In this document: positions 10,468-19,486 of the stretch, piece after piece
Position numbering within the stretch: the first letter of the stretch is position 1
Layout: the number at the start of each line of letters is the position of its first letter
DNA from: Ruminococcus sp.
Lineage (GTDB): Bacteria; Bacillota; Clostridia; Oscillospirales; Ruminococcaceae
DNA: 64,000 nucleotides
NCBI GenBank assembly: GCA_017526445.1
Contig: JAFXRI010000024.1
Span: forward strand, 11 to 64,010
Direction of reading: 5' to 3'
Notes under the pieces: model-generated
Seen by the model: only the letters and a program-made list of their open reading frames with translations
The model's database searches: none
Told to the model about the DNA's origin: nothing
Position numbers and translations under genes: made by a program

Positions 10468-10620
10468 ATTTACTCTCCTTTAATTTCACTCGGCACCATA
10501 CTGCCTGCAGATATATTATAACCTATTTCGCAGCATATTGCAAGTACTTTCGGCAAAAAAAGCGCTCCGCAAAGCGCACTGCCTTACGGAGCGTTGTGGA
10601 CTTAGGTATAGGCCGGTATA

Positions 10621-10902
10621 TTACTCCTGGTCCTGCTTGAGCTGTGCAAAGCACTCGCTGCAGTAAACAGGTCTGTCCTCTCTGGGTTTAAAGGGGATCT
10701 TAGCCTCGTTGCCGCAGTTAGCGCAAACAGCTGTATACATCTGTCTGCCCTCTCTTGATGCGTTCTTTCTTGCATCGCGGCATGCCTTGCAGCGCTGGGG
10801 CTCATTCACAAAGCCTTTCTCTGCATAGAACTCCTGCTCGCCGGCAGTGAAAACGAACTCGTTTCCACAGTCCTTACATACCAATGTCTTGTCCTCGTAC
10901 AT
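10621..10902 (-). CDS. Zinc-ribbon protein (zf-trcl + CxxC-x17-CxxC)
   Basis: CKDCG.EFVFTAGEQEFY..P.RCKAC and CANCG..PF.P..RPVYCSEC. Confidence 0.9.
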   Translation of the reverse strand: MYEDKTLVCKDCGNEFVFTAGEQEFYAEKGFVNEPQRCKACRDARKNASREGRQMYTAVCANCGNEAKIPFKPREDRPVYCSECFAQLKQDQE

Positions 10903-10928
10903 GATTCTTTACCTCGCTGTGAATTTTT

Positions 10929-10998
10929 TTGCCTCGGCCGGACTTGCACCGGCACCTTTGTTGGAACAAACAACGCTCTGCAATTAAGCTACATGGCT
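10929..10998 (-). ncRNA. Degenerate tRNA-like element (pseudo-tRNA or leader RNA)
   Basis: Cloverleaf: D-stem GCTT/GAGC, stem TTGTT/AACAA with 6-nt loop, T-stem GCCGG/CCGGC with loop TGCAAGT, imperfect acceptor stem, no CCA. Confidence 0.6.
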
Positions 10999-11001
10999 AT
11001 A

Positions 11002-11562
11002 TCATCTCAGGACTTCCCTGAGTTTTTTCCTCATCCTCTGCACCGCGTTATCCACGGCTTTCCTGGACATACCGAGTCTGTCAGCGATCTCCTGATAGGG
11101 TATTCCGGAAATATAGAGCATAAACACATCGTTCTCCCGATTCGACAGGGTATCGGCGATAGTTTTATACAGTTCATCAAGACCGGCTTTCTGCACCACG
11201 ATATTCTCAGGGATATTTTCGTCAGTATCAGCCCTATCCAGATCCTCCGGCAGTTCCTCATAGTCGGTGCTGACGCTCTTATAGACATTTATCATCCTGT
11301 TTCTGATACAAAGCTGGGCGAAGGTCCCGAAGGATGCGCCCCTGTCCGGCGTAAACTTTCTGACTGCATCCAGCAGGGCAAGGAAGCCTTCCTGGGCAAG
11401 ATCGTCTTTGAGCGAGCCCGCAAAGGAAGCAGCTCTTTTTCTGACAGAGGGAGCGAACCTGGCGATCAGTTCGGCGACGGCCTTCTCGTCATTCTCTCTG
11501 CAAAGCAGGATAAGCGACTCGTTATCGAGCTCCCCGAGAACAGTTTTGCCATCTCCGACCAT
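11002..11562 (-). CDS. sigH: Sigma-70 family factor, SigH-like
   Basis: DDLAQEGFLALLDAVRKF..ASFGTFAQLCIRN; C-terminal YQEIA..KAVDNAVQRMRKKL; start uncertain (11562 or 11580). Confidence 0.75.
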   Translation of the reverse strand: MVGDGKTVLGELDNESLILLCRENDEKAVAELIARFAPSVRKRAASFAGSLKDDLAQEGFLALLDAVRKFTPDRGASFGTFAQLCIRNRMINVYKSVSTDYEELPEDLDRADTDENIPENIVVQKAGLDELYKTIADTLSNRENDVFMLYISGIPYQEIADRLGMSRKAVDNAVQRMRKKLREVLR

Positions 11563-11755
11563 ATAATACCAACCCCGCAATTCGCCTTAGATGTATTTAT
11601 ATCATATCATTTGATTTTTTCAAAGTCAAGTAAACTTTCAAAAAAATTTAATAAAGATGAAATATTTGTATTATTCCACATATTTAACGAAGTTATAATA
11701 GTTATTTTGACGAATAAAAAGGGTTCATACTGCTGCCATGTCAGATAGCTGAACG

Positions 11756-11783
11756 AAAAAAGGAGACTGCGCAAGTCTCCTTT
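11756..11783 (-). terminator. Intrinsic terminator after the fumarate hydratase beta gene
   Basis: AAAGGAGAC/GTCTCCTTT stem with T-run on the minus strand. Confidence 0.65.
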
Positions 11784-11792
11784 CTCATAATT

Positions 11793-12347
11793 CTATAGAC
11801 GTGCGAACTCAGCTCTGCCTCGCTCAAAAATGTCGCCGCCGAAGCAATCGTTAGCGACTATGAGCGGGAAATCCTCGACATAAAGTCTCTTAACAGACTC
11901 ACAGCCCAGGTCCTCAAAAGCTATGACCTCGCAGCTTTTGATACATCTGCAGGCAAGCGCACCGGCGCCTCCCACGGCGCACAGATATACTGCCTTATTG
12001 CGCACAATAGCATCTCTGACCTCACGGGAGCGTTCGCCCTTGCCGATCATACCGCCCAGCCCCATATCGAGCAGAGCTGGGGCAAAGCGGTCCATCCTGC
12101 CCGAGGTAGTGGGACCGCAGGAGCCGATCGGCTTTCCTTCGGGGGCAGGAGTAGGTCCGGCATAATAGATCACGGCGTCCTTTATATCATACGGGAGCTG
12201 TCCGCCCTCGCTGATGAGCGCCATTATACGCTTATGTGCGGCATCCCTCGAGGTATAAACCGTACCTGAGAGAAGTATTTTCTGACCACAACGCAGCTCC
12301 TCGGCTCTCGCCTTGAGCTGCGCTGCATCGATCTTTAACAGTGACAT
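11793..12347 (-). CDS. Fe-S hydro-lyase (class I fumarate/tartrate hydratase) beta subunit
   Basis: TSRDAAH, YYAGP, GPTTSGRM, MIGKG, EDLGCE. Confidence 0.9.
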   Translation of the reverse strand: MSLLKIDAAQLKARAEELRCGQKILLSGTVYTSRDAAHKRIMALISEGGQLPYDIKDAVIYYAGPTPAPEGKPIGSCGPTTSGRMDRFAPALLDMGLGGMIGKGERSREVRDAIVRNKAVYLCAVGGAGALACRCIKSCEVIAFEDLGCESVKRLYVEDFPLIVANDCFGGDIFERGRAEFARL

Positions 12348-13297
12348 TATTCTTCAACGAGGTCGAGGCCTTCGTCAATGAGGTCTCTCGCCTTATTAGC
12401 GGAGCCAATGGAAGCACCGAACAGATCATTGAGCGAAGAGATGACCTGAGTGATATTCTCGTTGAGATTGGTGTACTCGTTTCTGACAGAATTTCTGAGG
12501 TCAGCGGACTTAGCTTTGATGATACCTGCTTCTGCGTTGGCGTCATCAACAAGCTTCTTAGCCTCAGCCTGGGCATTGGCGGTAGTAGCTGCAGCCTCGC
12601 TCTTTGCGGTGCTGGTAAGTCTCTCAGCCTCGGCATAAGCGGCGCCTCTGACCTGATCGGCCTCAGCCTTAGCGGCAGCGGTCATAGAAGCAGCATTAGC
12701 CTTAGCCTCGTCAAGCGTTCTTGCGGCATCGTTCTGAGCATTGGTAACGGTGCTCTCAGCCTGAGAATTAGCGTCATCGATAATCTGATTAGCCTGAGCC
12801 TCAGCCTCATCAGTCATATTCTGAGCGGCCTTCTTAGCTTCGGAAACAATCTTATTGGCGGTATTCTGAGCCTCGATGAAAACATTACCGAGGTCGAACG
12901 CCTGGGAATTGGTAGCCTGGCCGGCATTCTTCTCTGCCTGCTCCAGCTTTTCCTTCAGATCCTCGATCTCGATCTTCTGATTCTCGATCTCGGAATTCTT
13001 ATCTGCGATCTGCTGCTCATAATCAGCGATCTGCATTTTCATCGTATCGGTGGAAGCCATAAGCTCGGCAACTCTTGTCTTAGCCTCTTCGACCTTCTTT
13101 TCGAGCTCAGCCTTGCCCTCGAAGTTGTCATTGGAAGCGCTTCCCTCTGCTTCATAGCGGGCGATAGCTTCCTCCTGGTCCTTTACCTTGGACTCGAGGT
13201 TATAGATCTTGGAGTTGAGGTCGTCAACGTAAGCAAGCACGTCAGACTTATCAAATCCGCCCATACGGACGGTCCTTAAATAACCGTTATTTCCCAT
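12347..13297 (-). CDS. DivIVA-domain long coiled-coil protein
   Basis: N-terminal GGFDKSDVLAYVDDL; Ala/Glu-rich ~11-residue repeats. Confidence 0.75.
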   Translation of the reverse strand: MGNNGYLRTVRMGGFDKSDVLAYVDDLNSKIYNLESKVKDQEEAIARYEAEGSASNDNFEGKAELEKKVEEAKTRVAELMASTDTMKMQIADYEQQIADKNSEIENQKIEIEDLKEKLEQAEKNAGQATNSQAFDLGNVFIEAQNTANKIVSEAKKAAQNMTDEAEAQANQIIDDANSQAESTVTNAQNDAARTLDEAKANAASMTAAAKAEADQVRGAAYAEAERLTSTAKSEAAATTANAQAEAKKLVDDANAEAGIIKAKSADLRNSVRNEYTNLNENITQVISSLNDLFGASIGSANKARDLIDEGLDLVEE

Positions 13298-13514
13298 AAT
13301 TGATTACCTCCATAAGATAATATCTTCATTTTTTATTATACAATGCTTTTGTGTTTTTTTCAACTGATTTAATCTTATTTTTAAAACTTCATACAAACTG
13401 ACAAAAATCGAATAATCTTTTTGTAGACATTCACTAATCAGCCATTGAAAAACGCTGAAATTTTCAGCAAATATGAAGGGACGAACAAAAGGCTTGTCCG
13501 TCCCATACGAGCGT

Positions 13515-14639
13515 TTACTTTGTCTTGAAGATATTAAAAATGTCGTCGTAATAGTCAGGATTATCGGCAGCCTTTACGCCGGCCTTATGTCTTGCCTCGG
13601 CATCTGCCTTGGCATCTGCTTCGGTATTGGCGGTATAGCTTGCAGAGAAAGCAGCTCTTCTCGTATTATCGGCGTGGATCTCAGCATCGTCAAAATCTGC
13701 GGCGATAACGGTAACATATACCTCATCGCTGGCATCGGGATCGTAACCGTTGCCGAAGATGATCTCAGCGTCGTCGTCAACTGCCTCGGTGATAGCATTT
13801 GTCAGCTCATCGATCTCGTCAACAACGATGTCCTCGCTCATAGTGATGTTTACGAGCAGTCTCTTAGCGCCCCGGATGGATGTCTCAAGAAGATCGCTGG
13901 AGATGACCTGAGAAACAACGTCCTGGACCTTATCCTTGCCGGTGCCGTGGCCCTTAGCCATATGAGCGAAGCCTGCGTTCTTGATGATAGTGGTTATATC
14001 TGCGAAGTCAACATTGATATCGTCGTGTCTTGTGATGATCTCAGCGATGGAGATAACGTCGTCCTTCAGCACCTCATCGGCGAGAGAGTAGCTCTGCTTC
14101 ATAGTGAGCTTCTGGCCGTTGGAGAGGAGGTTCTGGTTGGGGATCACGATAAGAGCGTCAACGTGCTCGAGCATTGCAGCGATACCCTTCTCGGCCTTCT
14201 CCATTTTCTTTGCGCCCTCGAATTTGAAAGGCTTTGTAACGACGGCGACTGTGAGCTTATCCATCTCCTGAGCGATCTCGGCAACTACGGGAGCAGCACC
14301 TGTACCGGTTCCGCCGCCCATACCAGCGGTGATGAACACCATATCTGCATCCTTGATGACCTCAGCGATCTCTTCCTTGCTTTCCTGTGCGGAAGCCTCA
14401 CCGATCTCCGGCTTTGCTCCGGCACCGAGGCCGTGCGTCAGCTTTGCGCCGATCTGGATCTTCTCGGTCGCTTTGGAATTTTTAAGTGCCTGGATGTCGG
14501 TATTTATAGCAATATAATCAACATTACCGGTAATACCCTGGCTGGCGATACAGTTAAGAGCGTTTCCGCCGCCGCCGCCTACACCGATGACTTTGATTCT
14601 TGCTCCCTCAACAGGTGCTTCCACATACTCGTAAGACAT
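13515..14639 (-). CDS. ftsZ: Cell division GTPase FtsZ
   Basis: [24 protein letters not shown]; RBS GGAGG before ATG 14639. Confidence 0.97.
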   Translation of the reverse strand: MSYEYVEAPVEGARIKVIGVGGGGGNALNCIASQGITGNVDYIAINTDIQALKNSKATEKIQIGAKLTHGLGAGAKPEIGEASAQESKEEIAEVIKDADMVFITAGMGGGTGTGAAPVVAEIAQEMDKLTVAVVTKPFKFEGAKKMEKAEKGIAAMLEHVDALIVIPNQNLLSNGQKLTMKQSYSLADEVLKDDVISIAEIITRHDDINVDFADITTIIKNAGFAHMAKGHGTGKDKVQDVVSQVISSDLLETSIRGAKRLLVNITMSEDIVVDEIDELTNAITEAVDDDAEIIFGNGYDPDASDEVYVTVIAADFDDAEIHADNTRRAAFSASYTANTEADAKADAEARHKAGVKAADNPDYYDDIFNIFKTK

Positions 14640-14940
14640 AAATTTTTCCTCCTGTGTATTTTTGAATTTCATCCGTAAATTTTTACACCATAAGGTCTTT
14701 TCCGGCAAAGTATCTGCCGTTTTCAGACATAATTACCCTATATGATATAGATACATAAATATTTTAGCACAAACGCTCAAAAAAGTAAAGCAGGTTACAC
14801 AACATCTGTCAAAATTTCAGCAAATATATAAAAATCTGTCCTAAAAATTGGATATATTGTTCAATTTACACAATGCCTTTTATAATGTATAGTGCCTACC
14901 GGCGCTAAAGTCTCCGAAAATGCAGCGAAACTGCGAAATT

Positions 14941-16041
14941 CTACTGCTGCCAGCCGTTATATTCCTGAGCAGCGGGCTGTTCGGCGGGCTGAGGCTCCTC
15001 CTGCTGCCAGCCGGTATATTCCTCTCCGGCGGGCTGCCCGGCAGGCTGCTCTGCCGGCTGTTCGGCAGGCTGTGTCTCGGGCTTGACTTCATCTATCAGC
15101 GGCTGCTCGGCAGGAGTTTCCGGCTGAGTTTCGACGGGCTGGCCGTTCTCGTCAGTGACGGGCTGTTCAGTCTGTCCGTCCTGTGCCGCCGGGGTCGTTG
15201 TGGTCTGAGCAGGAGTGGTCACAGGTCTGTTAAGTGCTCCCTTAGGTATAGCGGAGATACCGCTGTTGGCACCGTTATACTTGAGGGTGCCCTCATAGGT
15301 ATCGCTAAGCTTCTGGTCAATGACTGCTTTAAGTGAAGCGAGCTTATAATCAAGGTCGATCGAGCTTCCGAGCTTGATCTGTATGCGTCCGTCATAGTCA
15401 AGTAAAATATCTGTACGCTCGGTGATGTCTATGGCGGTGATCTTTTCAAAGCCGGAATTCCTTATAGAATCGAGGAGATTGAGCAATACCTTAGCTTTAT
15501 GGTCGTCCTCGGAAACTATCTTTTTATTCGTCTCAGGATCCTTCAAGGAAAAGCCCTTTACAAGCGGGAGCTTGGCATTATGCTCCGGGTTGGCGGCTTC
15601 GAGGATCTTTCCCGACTCGGCGATAACATAATATCTGCCGTCCTTCTCGATCTCAGCGCACTTGACCTCTTCGACGATAGTGATATTCAGTGAATTGGGA
15701 TAATCCTTATCCACAGCGGCGCTCTTTATATATGGAAGGGTATCGGTAAGGCGCTTTTCGATCACCGAGGTATTAGTTCTGATAAGGTTTGCACCCGACT
15801 CCACTCCGCCGACGGCGAGAATCTGGTCGTTGGTATAGAGAGTCACACCGGTGACCTTGACTTCCTTCAGATCAAAAAGGAAGCAAAGACAGGCAACGAG
15901 ACCGATAGCCGTAAATACGGCCACGGCCAGCGCGGAATAGGTCATAACATTACTACGCCTTCTGCGGCGGGTAAGTCTGACCTTTTTCCCGTTTATGACT
16001 TTGTATTCATCAGCTGCCTGACTTTTTACGATGTCCTTCAT
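14941..16041 (-). CDS. ftsQ: FtsQ/DivIB (TM + POTRA) with low-complexity C-terminal tail
   Basis: Basic N-terminus, single TM, POTRA LPYIKSA..YPN; position between murA and ftsZ. Confidence 0.85.
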   Translation of the reverse strand: MKDIVKSQAADEYKVINGKKVRLTRRRRRSNVMTYSALAVAVFTAIGLVACLCFLFDLKEVKVTGVTLYTNDQILAVGGVESGANLIRTNTSVIEKRLTDTLPYIKSAAVDKDYPNSLNITIVEEVKCAEIEKDGRYYVIAESGKILEAANPEHNAKLPLVKGFSLKDPETNKKIVSEDDHKAKVLLNLLDSIRNSGFEKITAIDITERTDILLDYDGRIQIKLGSSIDLDYKLASLKAVIDQKLSDTYEGTLKYNGANSGISAIPKGALNRPVTTPAQTTTTPAAQDGQTEQPVTDENGQPVETQPETPAEQPLIDEVKPETQPAEQPAEQPAGQPAGEEYTGWQQEEPQPAEQPAAQEYNGWQQ

Positions 16042-16058
16042 TTCAAACTTTCCTTCTG

Positions 16059-17318
16059 CTATTTAGTAACACGTTTTATATCAGCGCCTACAGAAGCAAG
16101 CTGCTTCTCCAGCGACTCATATCCTCTGTCTATGAAGCGGATGCCTTCGATCTCCGAGACGCCTTCTGCTGCAAGGGCTGCGGTGACAAGGGCTGCTCCC
16201 CCTCTCAGGTCGGCAGCGACTGTTCGTGCTCCGTACAGTCTGCTCACGCCGTTTATGACGGCGACCTTGCCCTCGGTCTTGATGTCGGCGCCCATCCGTA
16301 CCAGTTCATCCACATGGCGGAAGCGGTTCTCGAAGATATTCTCCACGATAACGCCGGTACCGGCGGCCTTTGTCAGCGCGGCCATCACAGGAGCCTGCGC
16401 GTCTGTAGGGAAACCGGGAAAGGGCATAGTCCTGATCATTTTCACGCTGCAGAGCGGTCTGCTCCTGCAAACGTATATCCTGTCTGAATAAGTATATACA
16501 CTGCAGCCCATCTCCTCGAAGACCGGTATAACAGCGCCGAGGTCAGAAGCCCTTGCACCGATCAGAGAAAGCTCTCCACCGGTGACAGCGGCTGCGGACA
16601 TAAGCGTAGCTGCGGCGATCCTGTCGGGCATAACGCTGTACTCACACCCGGTGAGCGTTTTCACTCCCCGAATGACGACTGTATCGCTGCCGGCACCCTC
16701 TATCCTTGCGCCGCACTTATTAAGGAACCCTGCGAGATCGGCGATCTCCGGCTCCCGCGCGGCATTTTTTATAACGGTAGTACCCTCGGCGAGGACTGCT
16801 GCCAGCATAGTATTCTCCGTTGCGCCCACGGATGGGAACGGCAGCTGTATATCTGCGCCCCTCAGACCGCCGGGGCTGCTGCATCTGAGCATACCGTATC
16901 TTTCGGAGATGTCGGCGCCCATTTTTCTCAGAGCGGAAAGGTGCATATCGATAGGTCTCGGGCCCAGCTCGCATCCTCCCGGGAAGGAGAGGTAGCATTC
17001 ACCCGTCCTGCCCAGGACGGCGCCGAGGAAGACTATCGACGAACGCATTTCCCTCATAAGTTCATCTGGGACGCAGCACCCGCAGGGCTCGTCGGCTCTG
17101 ACAGTGACGGTATTCCCAAGGACAGTACAGTCACAGCCGAGGCAGCCGAGTATGCGGCAGGCTGCGAAGACGTCGCTGAGTCTCGGGCAGTTATGCAGCA
17201 CGGTCTCCCCTTTTGCGAGAAGTGCCGCTGCGATAAGCGGAAGTGCGCTGTTTTTGGCGCCCTGCACTTTTATCTCACCGCCGAGACGTTTTTCTCCCTC
17301 TACGACGAACATTTGCAT
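16059..17318 (-). CDS. murA: UDP-N-acetylglucosamine 1-carboxyvinyltransferase
   Basis: GAKNSALP, PGGCELGPRP, SVGATEN, PGFPTD, DLRGGA, IDRGYE. Confidence 0.95.
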   Translation of the reverse strand: MQMFVVEGEKRLGGEIKVQGAKNSALPLIAAALLAKGETVLHNCPRLSDVFAACRILGCLGCDCTVLGNTVTVRADEPCGCCVPDELMREMRSSIVFLGAVLGRTGECYLSFPGGCELGPRPIDMHLSALRKMGADISERYGMLRCSSPGGLRGADIQLPFPSVGATENTMLAAVLAEGTTVIKNAAREPEIADLAGFLNKCGARIEGAGSDTVVIRGVKTLTGCEYSVMPDRIAAATLMSAAAVTGGELSLIGARASDLGAVIPVFEEMGCSVYTYSDRIYVCRSRPLCSVKMIRTMPFPGFPTDAQAPVMAALTKAAGTGVIVENIFENRFRHVDELVRMGADIKTEGKVAVINGVSRLYGARTVAADLRGGAALVTAALAAEGVSEIEGIRFIDRGYESLEKQLASVGADIKRVTK

Positions 17319-17420
17319 AGCTCTCTCCCCTTTGCGAGATGTAGTCAAAACGCAAGCTGTCGGCTCACGCTTTATACTATGCATCACTTGCTGCGGGAGT
17401 GAATGGGCAATGCTCAGTTA

Positions 17421-18293
17421 TCAGGTCTCGGAAGTGCCGGTTGTGCTGTCGAGTCTGTAGTCTATCATATCAGACACAAAGATGAACGCAGGCACACAGG
17501 GTATCGGAACAGGGCCGATGTGCTTCTTCATACCGTTGGTACGGAGCACCAGGCTCCTCATAGCCTCTGTGAGCTTCTTCTCATCCAGTTCGCTGATATT
17601 TACAAGTATCTCCACTGTAAGGGTAGTGACCTTGAACGGCGAGAGATCTGCCTTGCCGTCCTGGAGCTTTACGCTGACGAATTTGTCTCTGTAAAGGGGA
17701 TCGGCGGAAACGATGCTGAACCCGGGTATCTCCACGGAATAAGGCGAGAAGTTTCTGACGTCTATCTCAACAGTGCAGACGCGGTAATTCTCCGGCTTCT
17801 CTGAAGAAAGGTTTTCGATGTCATATACATTGGAGTCACTGAGCAGGTCCACCTTGAGCTGAGCCATATTGCTCTGCTCAAAGACATTCGTATCCAGCAC
17901 TTTGCCTACCGTACCGGAAAGTGACAGCGGAGGAAGGAAGGTCACTACAACGAACAGTGCGATGACTGCTATGATGGCTATACGTCTTACGAGCCATCTT
18001 GCGTGATACTTTCCGCCGAACTTAATGCCCTTTTCCTTCGGCTTCTTATCAGCCTGCTTCTTACGCTCCTCGATAAGTTCATCGAACTCATCGATCTCTT
18101 TTTTCTCCTCCGTCCTTTCCGGCACACTGACCGGTGCGGCGGTATCGAAATTTGCTCTTACGGTATTTGTAAAGTCATCGATGCCTTTTTCCTTATACAC
18201 CCGTCGGCTGTCGACGTATCCGCCCTGGAGGTTTTTTATTTTATCCTCGTCCGGAAGATTTATGGAATCCATTGATTTATTTGAACTACGCAT
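17421..18293 (-). CDS. Hypothetical bitopic membrane protein
   Basis: Charged N-terminus, one TM, beta-rich C-terminal domain; RBS GGAG. Confidence 0.75.
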   Translation of the reverse strand: MRSSNKSMDSINLPDEDKIKNLQGGYVDSRRVYKEKGIDDFTNTVRANFDTAAPVSVPERTEEKKEIDEFDELIEERKKQADKKPKEKGIKFGGKYHARWLVRRIAIIAVIALFVVVTFLPPLSLSGTVGKVLDTNVFEQSNMAQLKVDLLSDSNVYDIENLSSEKPENYRVCTVEIDVRNFSPYSVEIPGFSIVSADPLYRDKFVSVKLQDGKADLSPFKVTTLTVEILVNISELDEKKLTEAMRSLVLRTNGMKKHIGPVPIPCVPAFIFVSDMIDYRLDSTTGTSET

Positions 18294-18310
18294 TTAGATC
18301 TCCTCAATCT

Positions 18311-19447
18311 TTATTTCCCTTCGATAAGCGGACGAAGGGTATCATAGATCCTGTCATTGGTATCGCTGATATAGAGTGCTGCGGCATTTGCCGAAAGGTC
18401 GGCCATACGCTGAGGTTCGTCTATCAGCTCAGCTACCTTATCGATAACGGTGGTCTCGGTCAGCGTCTTCTCCTCGAAAACGAAGCCTGCGCCGGCATTC
18501 TGAAGCACCATACCGTTATGGTACTGGTGGTTCTCGGCCACCATAGGCGAGGGGATGAGGATCGCTCCCCTTCCGACAGCCTCCAGCTCGGTAAGGGTGC
18601 TGGCGCCGCATCTTGTTATAACGAGGTCACAGGCCGCGAGAGACAGCGGCATATTCACATACTCGCTGACTATGAGCCTTTTATTCCCCTTGACCTTCAC
18701 GCCGTCTGCTTCAAGTTTGTCAACATAGCCGGCGTAGTCCTTATATGTTCCGTAAGAATGGATATGACAGATATCCTTGCCGTTATCCTGATACCATTTG
18801 AGCAGTTTTTCCACGGTATCGTTTATAGTTTTTGAGCCCAGGCTGCCGCCGGCCGAGAGGATAACTATATCGTCGTCGGAGAAGCCCAGCTCACGTCTTG
18901 CTTCCTGTTTTGTCTTACGCTCAAATGCACGGCGGACGGGCAGGCCGGTGACAACAGCCTTGCTTTTCACCGACTCGTCGAGGTTCTTGGTCTCGGCGAC
19001 GGTGAGCATTATCTTATCCACCTGTTTACTGAGCAGCTTGGTGGTAACGCCCGCGAAAGCATTGGCTTCGTGTATAGCGGTCTTTATCCCCATTTTAGCG
19101 GCTTTCCTCACGACAGGTCCGGAGACATATCCTCCGGTACCGATCACAAGGTCTGGCTTGAAGTCACGGATTATCTGTTTGGCGCGTCTTCCGGAATGGA
19201 TGAGGTAATGCATGGCCTTGACATTACGCTTGACGTTCTCAGCGCTGAGGTGTCTTTGTATGCCCTCGATCTTTATAGGCTCGAAGCGATAACCCGCCTG
19301 GGGAACGATCCTGGCCTCCAGCTTATTTGGGTTGCCCGCAAAGCAGAATTCCGCATCGGGGTGATGCTCCTTTATTATCTCGGCGATAGCCATTGCGGGG
19401 TTGATATGTCCCGCGGTGCCGCCGCCTGCAAGTAAAACTCTAAGCAT
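18311..19447 (-). CDS. murG: Lipid II GlcNAc transferase
   Basis: GGGTAGHINP, GTGGYVSGP, HEAN, GGSLG, HQYHN. Confidence 0.95.
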   Translation of the reverse strand: MLRVLLAGGGTAGHINPAMAIAEIIKEHHPDAEFCFAGNPNKLEARIVPQAGYRFEPIKIEGIQRHLSAENVKRNVKAMHYLIHSGRRAKQIIRDFKPDLVIGTGGYVSGPVVRKAAKMGIKTAIHEANAFAGVTTKLLSKQVDKIMLTVAETKNLDESVKSKAVVTGLPVRRAFERKTKQEARRELGFSDDDIVILSAGGSLGSKTINDTVEKLLKWYQDNGKDICHIHSYGTYKDYAGYVDKLEADGVKVKGNKRLIVSEYVNMPLSLAACDLVITRCGASTLTELEAVGRGAILIPSPMVAENHQYHNGMVLQNAGAGFVFEEKTLTETTVIDKVAELIDEPQRMADLSANAAALYISDTNDRIYDTLRPLIEGK

Positions 19448-19486
19448 AGTGATCTCTCCGAACTCCGGCAATTATCTGCCGGGAAA

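Noticed and set aside
10929-10998. Functional decoding tRNA
   Set aside because: 6-nt anticodon loop, missing D-loop GG and TTC, mismatched acceptor stem; kept only as a tRNA-like element.
12341-14678. Long + strand ORFs 12341-13279 and 13473-14678
   Set aside because: Antisense shadows of the DivIVA-like gene and ftsZ caused by strong codon bias; no motifs.
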